Assembly (NCBI RefSeq): GCF_963921235.1
Contig: NC_086108.1
Coordinates: 8,990,001-9,054,000, forward strand
Direction of reading: 5' to 3'
From: Mobula hypostoma
Taxonomy: Eukaryota
DNA length: 64,000 nucleotides
Shown: positions 37,311-52,290 of the stretch, in pieces
How the letters are laid out: every line of letters starts with the position of its first letter
How positions within the stretch are numbered: the first letter of the stretch is position 1
Position numbers and translations under genes: made by a program
Notes under the pieces: generated by a model
The model's input: only the letters and a program-made list of their open reading frames with translations
Told to the model about the DNA's origin: nothing
The model's database searches: none

Positions 37311-38170
37311 AACCCACAGAGTCTTTGGAAAAAGAACAGGATGAATATTTGTAAACTGTGGGGGGTGGGGGGGGGGAGGTGAATTAGCTGAGGAAGGAGG
37401 GACTTTATCTGAGGCTCTGAACGTGTCAAATACGCTACTTCTGCCAGCCGGCCGACCCTGCTGTGAACAGCTGAGATTCTGTCTTCACATCTGGAACTGC
37501 TGGTATTCATGATGAGGTAGTAAACTGGATTAGACACTGGCTTAGTGGGAGAAGCCAGAGACTGGTAGTAGATGGTTGCCTCTCTGACCGGAGGCCTGTG
37601 ACTAGTGGTGTGCCGCAAGATTCGGTGCTGGGTCTGTTGTTGCTTGTCATCTATACCAACAATCCGGACAATAACGTGGTAAGCTGGATCAGCAAATTTG
37701 TGGATGACACCAAGATTGGGGGTGTAGTAGACAGTGAGTAAAATGATCATGGCTTGCGGCAGGATCTGTAAAAAATGGGCTGGTGGAATGCAATGCAGAC
37801 AGGTGTGAGGAGTTGCACTTTGGGAGGACCAACCAGGGTAGGACTTCCACGGTGAGTGGGAAGGCAGGGAAGTGGGGTAAAGCAGAGGGATCTTGGAATA
37901 CAGGTCCATAATTCCTTGAACGCGACGTTGATGGGGTTAGGCAGAATTATACTCTGGCACTGAGTGGATGGGTCGAAAGGCCAGTTTCTGTGCTGTCACG
38001 TCCCCCTGACCCAGCAACTGTCACCACTGGGCAATGGCCAGGTCCCCCCCACCCCGAGATCCTTTCAGTGCTCGACTCCGACCGAGATGTTCCAGAGTGG
38101 TCAACTCTGGGTCGGCTAGGTCAGAGGGAGCGGCCAAAGATCACACGATCGCCACGGTCACACATCTTAC

Positions 38171-38273
38171 CAGGTTTCTCCTTCGCCAACTGCTTATCCG
38201 TGGAGAGGGATGTTTTCTCTTCCTGGATGAACATCCTGTCTATCATCACCATCTCCGCCGAGGGACTCAGCCT
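38171..38273 (-). CDS. BICRA: BICRA coding exon (103 nt), GLTSCR domain
   Basis: tttccag|AGG...CCT G|gtaaga; RLSPSAEMVMIDRMFIQEEKTSLSTDKQLAKEKP. Confidence 0.96.
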
Positions 38274-38834
38274 CTGGAAATTCAGAAGACCCACAAGAGA
38301 CAGGAGCAGAATTAGTCCGTTTGGCTGATTTATTAACCCTCTCAATTCTCCTGCCTGCTCCCCTGTAACCTTTGATACCCTCACTAATAAAAAAAAACCT
38401 GGCAACCTCCGCTTTAAATATACTCAATGACTTGGCCCCACAAATGTCTCTAGCAATGATTCACCACTCTCTGGCTAAAGAAATTCCACCTCATCTCTGT
38501 CCTAAAGGGACACCTTTTCCACTGGTGTCCACTGTCTGTCCTCCCCAGCAGTGCTGCAGATCAGAGCACAGCCCCTCCCCACTCCGAACCAGGCTCCATA
38601 CTAATGCTTCCCTCCAATTTTAACCACTTTCTGCCCAGGGTTCTAGATCACTGCCTCCCCCCCACCCTGTTCAGCACCCATGAGGTAGGTAGCGCTGTAA
38701 TCGGAAGGAATCGCTCCTCCTCTCCGTCCAAAGCGGCCCGTCCCCACACTCTCAGACTCCACCTGATTGTGTGACCCTCCAGTCCAGGACAACTAGCTCA
38801 CCAACCCCCCCCCCCCCCCCCAGATTCAGATTTA

Positions 38835-39715
38835 TCACTAGAACATACTGCACAAGAACAGGCCCTTTAGCCCACAATGTTTTGCCGAACCAGCTAAGAA
38901 GCAAATAAAACAAAAACAAACACTAATCTCTCCTACCTACAACCGTGTTCCTCCGTCTTCCTATATCCACGTGCCTATCAGATGTCTTTTAAAAGCCTCT
39001 AATGTATTTGGCTCTACCACTGTACCAGGCAGCATATTCCAAACATCCACCACTCTCTGAGTAAAAAATTAACCCTCACATCCCCCTGGAACCTACCCCC
39101 TCTCACCTTCAATGCACGCCCTCTGGTATTAGACATTCCTATCCCGGGAAACAGATGCTCCTTGTCTACTCCAGCATAGTCTTACAAACCTCTATCAGAT
39201 TAGCTCTCAGTCTCCGCCGCTCCAGAGAAAATAAACCAAGTTTATCCAGCCTCTCGTGATAGCACATTCCCTCAAAACTTCTCAAGCTCTTTTCTGGTTT
39301 CTTTATAATCCTCATGTGCTCCGTTTGATCCCAACTTCTGAAGCTTTACATAATTTTACTTTTCCTTTTCTTTCTTGACTGAATTCATCACCGCTTTGGA
39401 CATCCAAGGTTCTCTTAACTTTCCATCCCTGTCCTTTCTTCTAACAGAAACATGTCTTTCCTGTACTCTGTGCAATTGGTCTTTAAACACCCTCCACATG
39501 TCTGATGTGGACTTCACTGAAAAGCAGGTGTTTCCAATGAACTCTCCTCAGTTCCTGCCTAATGCCCTCGTAAGTTGCCCTATCCTAATTTAAGACTCTC
39601 CTGCAAGGACCATACCTATCCTTATCTGTACCTATCCTGAAAGTTAAGGAGTTGTGGTCACTGTTCCCTAACTGCTCGCCCACTGAAAGGTCAGTCACCT
39701 GGCTAAGTTCAATAC
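38835..39715 (-). mobile_element. Decayed CR1 fragments
   Basis: CR1 3' tail and endonuclease remnant (DLSVGEQLGNSDHNSL). Confidence 0.7.
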
Positions 39716-40720
39716 CCAACATCCGTCCAGTACAGCCCCTCCCCTCGAAACACAGAGTGAAATGCTTCATTTGTGTTAACAACCAACACAACCCCAAGGG
39801 TGTGCTGGGGGGGGGGGGTGGTGGTGGAAGGGAAAAAACACCCCTTATTTTTCCAGACTTCACAACCCGATATCCCCCCCTGCACCCATGTTCCAGGCAG
39901 AGCTCATCTTTTTAGAAATAGACTGGCCAGGGGTACATGTTATTTTATTCCCCCCACCCCCCTGCTCTCTGGCGTAACATAGGGACTGTGTGAGTACTGA
40001 GATCCGTGTCAACTCAGGTCCAGCAGAGCAAATCTCCCGAGCTGCTGCTGTCCTGGTCCCGAATGATGGAGATCCACGGGGCCATGCGACCAACCCCACC
40101 TGAGCCTTTACTGAGACTGACCCAGCTCTGTGCCTGGCACAGGTCTGGCAGATTCCTCACTCATGTTAGTGCCTGCCACGTCAGAGGTGGGTCCTTTACA
40201 CAGAGAGTGGTGGGTGCATGGCACGCCCTGCCAGGGGTGGTGAGAGGCAGAGGCATTTGAGACATTTAAGAAACACTTAGATCGGTACAAGGATAAAAGA
40301 AAATGTGAGGTCTATGTAGGAAGGAAGGGTTATATTGATCTTGGAGTGAGCTAAAATGTCGGCACAACATTGTGGACTGAGTGGCCTGTACTGTGCTGCG
40401 TGTTCGATTCTGCAGGTTGGTAGAGATCCAACAAGGAACATTTAAGAGATTCTTGGACAGGCACACGGATGATAGAAAATGCAGGGTTATGTAGGAGGGA
40501 AGGGTTAGATTGATTTTGGAGTAGGTTAAAAGGACAAAACAATATTCTGGGTCGAAGGGCCTGTAGTGTTGTTTGTTCTAACTATAAGCGCCTCTATCCT
40601 GGACAATGGAAAACTTGGCAAGTTTGGAAGATGTAAAGGATAAATCAAAAGATTCAGTCAGTCAACACCAGCATAACCCTGAAGTAAAAAGGGTGAGATG
40701 TTTGTGGAAGGACCGTCACC

Positions 40721-41725
40721 CAGAACTATCAGCACTGACCTGTGATCTGACTTTCCCCCATATCCCACCTCAGAACTATCAGCTCTGACCTGTGGGAGCT
40801 CATTTTTCTCCATGTCCCACCACAGAACTATCATCTCTGACCTGTGGGAGCTCCCTTTCCCCCATGTCCCATCTCAGAACTATCAGCTCTGACCTGTGAT
40901 CTCACTTTCCCCTATATCCCACCTCAGAAATATCAGCTGTGACCTGTGATCTCACTTTCCCCCATATCCCACCTCAGAAATATCAGCTCTGACCTGTGAT
41001 CTCACTTTCCCCCATGTCCTACCTCAGAAATATCTGCTCTGACCTGTGATCTCACTTTCCCCCATATCCCACCTCAGAACTATCAGCTCTGACCTGTGAT
41101 CTCACTTTCCCCCATATCCCACCTCAGAAATATCAGCTCTGACCTGTGATCTCACTTTCCCCCATGTCTTACCTCAGAAATATCAGCTCTGACCTGTGAT
41201 CTCACTTTCCCCCATGTCCTACCTCAGAAATATCTGCTCTGACCTGTGATCTCACTTTCCCCCATATCCCACCTCAGAACTATCAGCTCTGACCTGTGAT
41301 CTCACTTTCCCCCATATCCCACCTCAGAAATATCAGCTCTGACCTGTGATCTCACTTTCCCCCATGTCTTACCTCAGAAATATCAGCTCTGACCTGTGAT
41401 CTCACTTTCCCCCATGTCCTACCTCAGAAATATCTGCTCTGACCTGTGATCTCACTTTCCCCCATATCCCACCTCAGAACTATCAGCTCTGACCTGTGAT
41501 CTCACTTTCCCCCATATCCCACCTCAGAAATATCAGCTCTGACCTGTGATCTCACTTTCCCCCATATCCCACCTCAGAACTATCAGCTCTGACCTGTGAT
41601 CTCACTTTCCCCCATATCCCACCTCAGAAATATCAGCTCTGACCTATGGGAGCTCCCTTTTCCCCATGTCCCAGCACCGAACTATCAGCTCTGACCTGTG
41701 ATCTCACTTTTCCTCTTGTCCCACT
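40721..41725. repeat. 50-bp minisatellite, ~20 copies
   Basis: Unit GACCTGTGATCTCACTTTCCCCCATATCCCACCTCAGAA(C/A)TATCAGCTCT. Confidence 0.97.
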
Positions 41726-42236
41726 GCAGAAACCACAGATGTTGCACTGCAGTACTTCAAGGACTGCTGCCTGAGGCCTTCTCTTGCAGTTGAGACACTA
41801 ACTCCCAAGGCAGTGCTTTGACAATCAGGAGGGATCTCTTATCCAGCATTAATCTTTTATCCAGCATCATGAAACTAGGTTCCCCACTGGTGGGTGATTT
41901 CTGTGCATCAACCAGCCGTCATCACAGCAGACTTGCTGCCTGTTACGTTGCTGGTGTTTAGGGAGCAATGAAGGTCCCCCATCTCCGGCGGTGTTCAGGG
42001 CTTCCTTCATCATGTCAGTAGCTTCCTCTCGGTTTTCACTCCTGTCAGTCATGCAAGTCCCGGGTGGAGACTCAGGGATACCATTACACTCAGATGTAGA
42101 AGGATTCTTCACTGCTGTTTCCGTAACAATTTTGTTTGACCAGTCAGGGTTGTAAGCCCTGAGCTGAACACCCGAACTGAAGGACCAGTGGACCACTCTT
42201 AGTCTGGTCTCTACCCTTTGACCTGTTTGGCATGGG

Positions 42237-42836
42237 TAGTTAAGAAAGCTTATGGGGTGTTAGCTTTCATAAGTCGAGGGATAGAGGTTAAGAGTCGTGA
42301 GGTAATGATGCAGCTCTATAAAACTCTGGTTAGGCCACACTTGGAGTACTGTGTCCAGTTCTGGTCACCTCACTATAGGAAGGATGTGGAAGCATTGGAA
42401 AACGTACAAAGGAGATCTACCAGGATGCTGCCTGGTTTAGAGAGTATGGATTATGATCAGAGATTAAGGGAGCTCGGGCTTTACTCTTTGGAGAGGAGGA
42501 GGATGAGAGGAGATATGATAGAGGTGTACAAGATAGTAAGTGGAATAGATAGAGTGGATAGCCAGCGCCTCTTTCCCAGGGCACAACTGCTCAATACAAG
42601 AGAACATGGCTTTAAGGTAAGGGGTGGGAAGTTCAAGGGGGACATTAGAGGAAAGTTCTTTACTCAGAGAGTGGTTGGTGCGTGGAATGCACTGCCTGAG
42701 TCAGTGGTGCAGGCGGATACACTAGTGAAATTTAAGAAACTACTAGACAGGTATATGGAGGAATTTAAGTTGGGGGGTTATATGGGAGGCAGGGTTTGAG
42801 GGCCGGTACAACATTGTGTGCTGTGCTATGTTCTAT
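42237..42836 (+). mobile_element. 5'-truncated CR1 with open ORF2 C-terminus
   Basis: VKKAYGVLAFISRG...LVRPHLEYCVQFWSPH...FFTQRVVGAWNALP. Confidence 0.9.
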
Positions 42837-43830
42837 GGAAGAGAGAGCCACAGCATCAAGGCCTGACTCCAGCCAACATACAGTGGCCCTCCGGGTCACC
42901 GAGGCATGCAAGCTTCCAAACACTACAACAAGGTTGTTGTCCTCTTGGTGGAACACAACAAGAGATTCCACTTTACTGTTTAACACAGTGCTCTGGGACA
43001 TTCTGCAAAGACACCAGTGCACAAACCCCTACCTTAAAAGATTCTGCAGATGCTGGAAATCTAGAGCAACACACACAAAATGCTGGAGGAACTCAGCAGG
43101 TCAGGCAGCGTCTATGGACAGGAATAAACAGTCGATGTTTCTGGCCAAGACCCTTCATCAGGACAATCCCTGCTTGCTTCATCACGTTGATTCTCCAATT
43201 ACTCATGACAATGCTATCCTGCTATTTTAGCAAACATTTTCCATTTATTGAATGTTCCTCTTTGATCAGCACCACTCTGATAAACATTAGGAATGCCTCT
43301 CAAATCTGCTTCCAGCCTGGATACCAAGTCCGGGTCTCAAGCCACAAGGGTGTCTTTAGGTTTAAGGATCCCCCTGCAGACCTCCATTCCCTGCACCGGT
43401 GAAATTTCAGCCACAAACAGTGAACCACAACCATGGTTGCTTCAGATTGGAACCAGGCTCACACCAACCTGCATCCCTGATGAAGGTTCCCGGCCCAAAA
43501 TATTGCCAGTTTATTCCTTTCTATAAATGGGTGCCTCACCTGCTGTGTTCCTCCAGCATTTTGTGTGTGTTCCCCTGAACTTCATTATTCTGGGCTGGGT
43601 TCCCAGGACGTTCAGATGGGACACCTAATTACCTGATGGAAGGCCTTGGCCCAAAATGTCAACTGCTTATTCCCCCTCCATAGATGCTGCCTGACCTGCT
43701 GATTCCTCCAGCACGCTGTGTGCATTGCACCTAATTACCTTCCAACCCCTCCCCAGTAACGGACGGGAACATCTGCGCACCCCACCACTGCCACGGAAGG
43801 CTTCCACATGGTAGAAGTAGAAGGTGTTAC

Positions 43831-43925
43831 CCTGGCCTCCTCGAAGAGCAGCATCCTGTATTTGTGTAGCATCGCCTGGGTTCTTTTCAATAACTGGGTC
43901 GAAACCGCCTCAAACTCCTCGTCCA
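43831..43925 (-). CDS. BICRA: BICRA coding exon (95 nt), GLTSCR domain
   Basis: cctttcag|TG GAC...GCC AGG|gtaaca; (V)DEEFEAVSTQLLKRTQAMLHKYRMLLFEEAR. Confidence 0.96.
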
Positions 43926-44016
43926 CTGAAAGGAAAAGAAACAAATTCACATCACGTAAATACAATGAAAGCATTTTAGTTTTGGTTAGAATCTCACAAA
44001 CCTCCCAAAACTTCCA

Positions 44017-44885
44017 CTGAACCAGTGTGGATAACTTCACTCACCACAATGAGCCTCAGGTCCCACACCACCAGGTTCAGGAACAGTTATTACGCCCTCA
44101 ACCATCAGGCTCCTGAACCAGTGTGGATAACTTCACTCACCACAATGAGCCTCAGGTCCCACACCACCAGCTTCAGGAATGGTTATTACCCTACAACCAT
44201 CAGGCTCCTGAACCAGTGTGGATAACTTCACTCACCACAATGAGCCTCAGGTCCCACACCACCAGGTTCAGGAACATTTATTACCCCTCAACCATCAGGC
44301 TCCTGAACCAGTGTGGATAACTTCACTCACCACAATGAGCCTCAGGTCCCACACCACCAGGTTCAGGAACAGTTATTACCCCACAACCATCAGGCTCCTG
44401 AACCAGTGTGGATAACTTCACTCACCACAATGAGCCTCAGGTCCCACACCACCAGGTTCAGGAACATTTATTACCCCACAACCATCAGGCTCCTGAACCA
44501 GTGTGGATAACTTCACTCACCACAATGAGCCTCAGGTCCCAGACCACCAGGTTCAGGAACATTTATTACCCCTCAACCATCAGGCTCCTGAACCAGTGTG
44601 GATAACTTCACCCACCTCAACAGAACTGATTCCACAACCTACAGACTCACTTTCAATGACTCGACAACTCATGTTCTCAGATTCTTAACTATCTATTTAG
44701 ATATTTATTTATGATTAATTATTTTATTTGCACAGTTTGTCTTCTTTTGCACATTGGTTCTTTGTCAGACTTTGTGTGTAGTTTTTCACTGATTCTATTG
44801 TATTTCTTTGTTCCGTCGTAAATGTCCTCAAAATAAGAATCTTAAGGTAGTTAATGGTGATATATGTGTACTTTGAACTTAAACT
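44017..44885 (+). mobile_element. LINE 3' end with 95-bp tandem array (~6 copies, 44017-44612)
   Basis: Same unit and junction as the 17025-17789 array, opposite strand; 3' UTR follows. Confidence 0.9.
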
Positions 44886-44934
44886 TTTGTAGTTTGAGTC
44901 CTGTCATCATTACTGGTTCGAAAAGTTAAGTTCC

Positions 44935-45467
44935 CTAAAGGTTGAGTCAGTGGTGCGATGTTAGCATTCATTTCAAGAGGACTAGAATATAAAAGCAAGG
45001 ATGTAATGTTGAAGCTTTATAAAACACTGGCAAGGCCTCATTTGGAATATTGTGAACAGTTTTAGACCTCTTATTTCAGAAAAGATGTGCTGACAATGGA
45101 GAGAGTTCAAAGAAGGTTCTTGGCAATGATTCTGGGATTGAAAGGCTTGTCATATGAAGAGTATTTTGATGGCTCTAGGCCTCAAGTAACTGGAATTCAG
45201 AAGAATGAGGGCTACTGAATGTTTGACAGGCCTCGATAGAATGGATTTTCTTTAGCCAGAGAGTCTGTGAATTCACTGCCACAGATGGCTGTGTAGGCTA
45301 GGTCATTGGGTGTATTGAAGGCAGAGGTTAATAGGTTCTTGATTAGTCAGAGCATGAAGGGATACAGGGAGAAGGCAGGAGATTGGGGCTGAGAGAGAAA
45401 ATGGATCAGCCATGATGAAATGGCAATGGACCTAATGGCCTAATTCTGCTCCCATATCTTATCATGT
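44935..45467 (+). mobile_element. CR1 3' fragment
   Basis: LAFISRGLEYKSKDVMLKLYKTL remnant and tail. Confidence 0.8.
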
Positions 45468-48400
45468 GAAAAGACAGGAACTCCCTCCCCAACAGCATTG
45501 GTTCAAGAAGGCAGCTTACACCCTGCCCCTTCTCAAGGGGCAATAACAGGCGACCTTGACAGACACTCCCAACTTGAAAATGAAGGTGAGGAGAGGGATG
45601 CTGAGAGCATATCCCTGCCAATCACACCTTTGGATCCCGATAATTTCACGATCCAAAGTCTTATTGGGAGTCAAGATTGAGACACAAAACCTTTTGCTAA
45701 GCAATTTTATTAAGTGTTACAAGAACAAATAATGAACAAAGAAAGCGAAGCCGACAAACAAAGAAAAGACAAAGAAAAGTGCAGTCATGGTGCTTTGATA
45801 CTCAGATCGGAGATAACCCAAATTCCAATGATATCAAGTAGACAGATTTCAGCTGGTTGACAACTGCTACTGAAAACTAAGAAGCTTCCAGGAAAATACA
45901 GAAGGAATTATATCGTAATTGCTGGAAAATTCACTGAACAATTACATGTATATCATCTTGTGCCATGTCGTACAATGTGGGCGATCATGGGCTTTCAGTG
46001 ACCATGATTGTTCTTGGCAAATTTTTCTACAGAAGTGGTTTGCCACTGCCTTCTTCTGGGCAGTGTCTTTACAAGACGGGTGACCCTGGCCATTATCAAT
46101 ACTCTTCAGAGATTGTCTGCCTGGCGTCAGTGGTCACATAACCAGGACTTGTGATCTGCACCGGCTGCTCATACGACCATCCACCACCTGCTCCCATGGC
46201 CTCATGTGGCCCTGATTCCGGGGGGGGGGGGGCGCTAAGCAAGTGCTACACCTTGCCCAAGGGTGACCTGTAGGCTAGCAAAGGGAAGGAGTGTCTTACA
46301 CCTCCTTTGCTGGAGATGTATCTCCACCCAGCTACCTGATTCAACAATAATAAAGAATTATATTAAAAAATGTTAGAGGTTGGAATACAGATATGGAATA
46401 CATGAATGCCAGCATGCACTAACAATGTAAACCGCTTTATAAAAGTGGTTTAAAATGTTTACAATGCAGTGTAGTAACAGGTGCAACAGATAGAAGGGGG
46501 TGGGGGTGCTATACCTTGCCCCAGGGTGACCTGCAGATTAGTGGAAGGAAAGAGCACCTTATACCTCCTTTGGTAGAGATACATCTCCACCCTGCCACCC
46601 GAACATGTATATAGTTCAAAGTTTAAAGGACATTCATTATCAAAGTATGTATAGATTCTACAACCTTGAGATTTATCTCCGTACAGGCAGCCACAAAACA
46701 AAGAAGTCCAAAAGAACCCATTAAAAAAACCGTCAAACACCCAATGTGCAGAGAGAGAGAGAAAAAACCGAACCGTGGAAACAATACAAATAAGCAAGTA
46801 GTGAATCCTCAGACACGAAGCCCAGAGCAGCTGGAGCGGAGCAACAGCCTCAGCTCTGAAACAGTAGATGATTGTATAAAAATACAAACAAACACAGGAA
46901 TTTTAAACTACAAGAAAAATACCAATTCCACAACACCTCCCCTCCTCATCTCTACCACAGAGCCTGACATGGTGCCAGAGCATACCCACAGTGCTTGGCA
47001 GAAGAACCCAAGCACGAAGAACAACACAAACCAGACAACAGCAAAACGAGCCCCTTTCACACACACCCACCCACCTCCAGGCCTAAAGGCTTTTGCCTCA
47101 GTCACTCAGGCCTGCAGTTAGCTATTTAACCACAACAGCCTCCTGCTGCCCTCCCACCAGATATAGAATCAACCCAACCCAAAGTATTCCCAGGCAAGAC
47201 TACCATCACAACCACAAGCTCGCGAGGACCAACAGGCCACTCAGTGCCTTGAGCCCACTCCACCATCAACAGGATTGCAGCCGATCTGAGATTTCTGTGG
47301 CCCACCTGCCACCTCATTCCCCAAAACCCCGATGAGAAGTCTATTCACTTCACACTTGGATATTCTGAGATCTCTGTCCTCTCTAGTCTTTGGGGCAAGG
47401 AGTTTGAGGTCCTCACAATTTTCAGAGATATTCTAGCTCACATTAGTCTTAAATGGGTGGCTCCTTATTAATGTTCAAGGTATGTTGATTACATACAAGA
47501 AATTCAACTAAATACTCTATTAACAACACTTTTTATGTGGAAAATCTTGGTAAATGACCACCGCAAACAATGAGGAGGCGAGTGAAGGCCAGGCCTATCC
47601 GAGGGTCAAAGCGTGCGGTTTGGAGGCAGAGTCAGAGTGAGGTCGAGACATGTTCTAGGAGAAGACGAGTTGGAGTTGGAATTGGAGATTTAGCTGGAGC
47701 ACGCGGAGTGGAGAAAAGCTGAAGCAAAGTTGCCGCAGAGCCCGCCCACCTAAACCACGAGCAAGGCTCGATCCATCGAAGTGCAACGCCGACTCGGAAA
47801 GGTCCACCCGGTGCTAGAACAGTTTAAGTGCCAGGCCAGGCGGACTGAAAAGGCAAAGTGTCGGGACTGGAGGCAAGGGTCGAGCCAGTTCGTTTAACTC
47901 CGCTGTCCTCGTCGCCGAGGCACGCCATGCCCTGGCTGCTGCGGGATTCGTGTCCGCGATTTGCCCCTGTGTGATGGACTGAGGCTGAGACAATGGGCCC
48001 ACTCCACCTTCAGGTCCATCGACTCAATTTCATTCTGAATGCTGCTGCCAGCTTTATTGTTTGCATGATTTGATTTGTTTTTTTTCCTCTCTGCGCATTG
48101 GGTTTTGGGTCTCCTTTATAAATTGGATTCTTTCAGGTTTCTTGCTTTGTGGCTGCCTGTAAGGAGATGAATCTCAAGGTTGTATCATTAACACATTCTT
48201 TGACAATAAAATGGCCTTTAAACTTTGGATTGCATTCACCGGCAGCCTGCTGCGGGCTTGTTGCTGGCAAAACCCATACACCATCAATCTACAGGTCATG
48301 ACACTCAGAGACTATATTATATTATTTCAGTGTCGCTATATGTTTACTGTTATCTTGTATGTGCTTGGCACTGTGTGTGACTGTTGGGATGGCGTTTTGT

Positions 48401-48667
48401 ATCTTGACTCCAGAGGGACGCTGTTTCATTTGGCTGTATTCATGGGCGTGCATGTACGGTTGAATGAGAATTAAACTTGAACTTAAACATCCTCTCCATA
48501 TTTATTGTTTTTAGCCCTTTACATTTCAATCAGGTCACCTCTCATTCATCTATGAGTCGGATCCCAAGCTTTTCTTGATGGACTATCTCTTGATACCTGG
48601 AATTATCCAACTGAAATGCCCCAAACAATGAAATAACAACTTTGCTTTAAAAGGGCGGCCAAAATTA

Positions 48668-49577
48668 GAAACAGAAACATAGAAAACCTACAGCACAATA
48701 CAGGCCCTTCAGCCCACAAAGCTGTGCTGAACATGTCTCTACCTGAGAAATTACCTAGGGTTACCCATAGCCCTCCATTTTTCTGAGCTCCATATATCTG
48801 TCCTGGAGTCTCTTAAAAGACCCTATCATATCTGCCTCCACCACTGTCACCAGCAGCAAATTCCACGTACTCACCACTCTCTGCGTAAAAAAACTTAACC
48901 CTGACATCTCCTCTGTACTTACTTCCAAGCACCTTAAAACTGTGCCTTCTCATGCTAGCCATTTCTGCTCTGGGAAAAAGCCTCTGACTATCCACACAAT
49001 CAATGCCTCTCATCATCTTATACACCTCTATCAGGTCACCTCTCATTCCCCATCGCTCCGAATAAAAAAGGCCGAATTCAATCAACCTATTCTCATAAGA
49101 CAGGCTCCCCAATCCAGGCAACATCCTCGTAAGTCTCCTCTGCACCCTTTCTATGGCTTCCACATCCTTCCTATAGTGAGCCGACCAGAACTGAGCACAG
49201 TACTCCAAGTGGGGTCTGACCAGGTCCAATATAGCTGCAACATTACCTCTCGACTCCTAAACTCAATCCTACGATTGATGAAGGCCAATGCACTGTATGC
49301 TTTCTTAACCGCAGAGTCAACCTGTGCAGCAGCTTTGAGTGTCCTATGGACTCAGACCCCAAGATCCCTCTGATCCTCCACACTGCCAAGAGTCTTACCA
49401 TTAATACTATATTCTGTCATCATATTTGACCTACCAAAATGAACCACCTCACACTTATCTGGGTTGACCACCATTTGCCAGTTCTCAGCCCATTTTTGCA
49501 TCCTATCAATGTCCCGCTGTAACCTTTGACAGCCCTCCACACTATCCACAACACCTCCAAACTTTGTGTCATCAACA
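48668..49577 (-). mobile_element. CR1 3' fragment
   Basis: DDTK, LQRDIDRM..W, LVRPHLEYCAQFW motifs and (TTTCTATG) tail. Confidence 0.88.
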
Positions 49578-51059
49578 AATTGTTCACATTACTATCGGTG
49601 CTGTCTCCTGGTGCCTTGTACAGTTGCAACAAGACATCTAATTCCTTAAATTAGGTCCAACATTGCATCAACCTTTCTACAACCTTCTGTACGTGTGCCA
49701 GCTTCTGAGCTTCATGCACAAGGACCCAAATTCCTGTTTCAGCTTGTTGCAATTTTTCGCCATTTAAATCATCCTGCCCTTCCTTCTAACGTTAACACAG
49801 TTCCCTTCATTACAATCCATTCAAAATCAAGTTCGAGTTTGTTTAATTGTCGTTCAACCATACACATGAACACAGCCAAATGAAAAAAAATGCTCTCCGG
49901 GGGCCAAGGTGCAAACACAGAAACGACAGCCACACCCAGCACAAGGCACATACAACACATATAATTATGATAGCAGAAAAACAGCCACAAAAAACCATAA
50001 TAATAATAATGGAGCCCAAGTCTCCGAGTGTCACACCCTGTAGGTTAGTGATGCATGGATTTTGCCCTGGAGCCACATTTCTGCAAGAGCTAGCCTGCAG
50101 CAGTTCCAGCCTGTCTTTCACCGAGCCAACACTGGAGGACAGCACCGATAGAAGCTGCCAGCCCCAGTACACCACGGAATCCAGCAGCACACATCGAGCT
50201 CCGGCATCTCCTTCCCCGGCAGCCAGAACAGGTGACCCTGATCCATGAATGAAGGCCTGGTCCGTGCTACAACCAAAGTAAAGCCAATGGATTGGACTTG
50301 TAGTATTCTGCATTGCAATGTCCAACAGTGTCTTGTAAACACAACAAAAACAGCCAAGACAATCACCCACATCACCTCTGAAGCCTTCTTCTCTGGATGG
50401 CTGAAGCAGACTGTAACACGGTGCGCAACAAGTCCAGCAGTACTCAATGTCCTTGATAACTGGCCAAGATGGTGCCAGCGATCAATTTCTCGGGCAACAG
50501 CTTCCAGATAATCAATCCTCTTCTATGTCGTCTACTTATTCTTTTTATCTTAATTTTTTTTTGAAGTTGTTGGAGCCTGCGACTTACGGTCTGAGGTTTG
50601 ATCTCGTGAGCTAGCACTCTGCTGTCCCCGAGAAAACTCCAGAAGAGAAATGCAAGAATGAGCTGCCACAAGAAGTTCAGAGACGAACTACTAACTGTCG
50701 TTCATATTGGCCTCTGTCAGTTCTACGTTTTTTTTCCTCGTGTTCTCACCCATTCTTGCTTGTTGCCGTTTGGCTGGCTGGGGGTTTGTGGTTTGATGAT
50801 CTTGTTGCATGTCAGTGATCTGTGATTTTGTGCGGGAGGGGGTTGGGGGAGTTTGGGGTTTGTGAATTTTTATTTTGTTTTTTTCTTTTTGTGCAGGGGG
50901 AATTGTATTTCTTTCAACTACTTCTGTGGTTTTTCTGTATCTTGTGGCTATCTGGAGAAGACAAATCTCAGAGTTGTATTCTGCATACATACTTTGATAA
51001 TAAATGAACCTTTGAATCTTTGAACCAGCAGTGCTTGTAATCAGTGAAAAAGACATAAA

Positions 51060-52290
51060 GACCCAGCTGCACTCACCCCCATCATTGCAAAGTGCTTTGA
51101 GAGACTGGTTCTATCACACCTGAAATCCTGTCTGCCCACTACCCTGGACCCCCATCAATTTGCCTATCGCACCAACAGGTCAACAGAGGACACCATCTCC
51201 ATGGCACTTCACTCTGCCCTGACCCACCCTGACAGCCCCAACGCTTACGTCAGAATGCTGCTCATTGACTTCAGTTCAGCATTCAATACTGTGATCCCCT
51301 CCAAGCTGATCGCCAAACTTCTCCAGCTTGGTATCAGCTCATCCCTCTGCAATTGGACCTTGGACTTTCTGACTAACAGACCCCAATCAGTTAAGTTAGA
51401 CAACCTCTCCTCCTCCACTCTCCCCTGAACACCGGCGTGCCTCAACGCTGTGTGCTGAGCCCTCTTCTGTACTCCCTTTTCAACCGTGACTGTGCTCCTG
51501 TACATGGTTCTAACTCCATAATCAAGTTCGCAGATGACACCACGGTGGCTGATCTGATCAGAAGGGATGATGAAACGGCCTACAGGGACGAGGTCCAGCA
51601 CCTGGCCGCATGATGTGCTGACAACAACCTGGCCCTTAACACCCAGAAGACCAAGGAGATCATTGTGGACTTCAGGCATGCTAGGAGCCACACTCTCGTC
51701 CCCATGTACATCAACAGAGCTGTAGTGGAGCGTGTATCAAGCTTCAAATTCTTTGGTGTCCACATTTCCGAGGATCTCACCTGGTCCCTGAACTCCTCCA
51801 TCCTGATCAAAAAGGCGCAACAGCGTCTTTATTTCCTGCGGAGCGTCAAGAAAGCTCACCTCTGTCCCAGGATACCGCTGTACCATTGAGAGCATACTCA
51901 CCAACTGCATCTCAGTGTGGTAGGGCAGTTGTCCTGTATCGGACCGCAAAGCACTCCAGTGTGTGGTGAAAACTGCCCAGCACCCAATCGCCCACCACTG
52001 AGAACATCTACCATAAACGCTGCCTGGGCGGGGCGAAAAGCATTATCAACGATGCATCTCACCCTAACCATGGACTTTTTACTCTCCTCCCATCCGGTAG
52101 GCGCTACAGGAGCCTCCGCTCCCGCACCAGCAGGCACAGGAGGAGCTTCTTCCCTGAGCCTGTGACCCTGCTGAACCTCACATCACAGCGCTAAGCAGTA
52201 TTGCACCCATATTGTACTGTCTCAGCACTTTTATATTTGTGTGCTGTAGCACTTACTTTTTATTCGCAGTTATTTTGTAAATAACACTTA
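51060..52290 (+). mobile_element. Rex1/Babar-like LINE RT fragment, frameshifted
   Basis: [55 protein letters not shown]. Confidence 0.88.
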
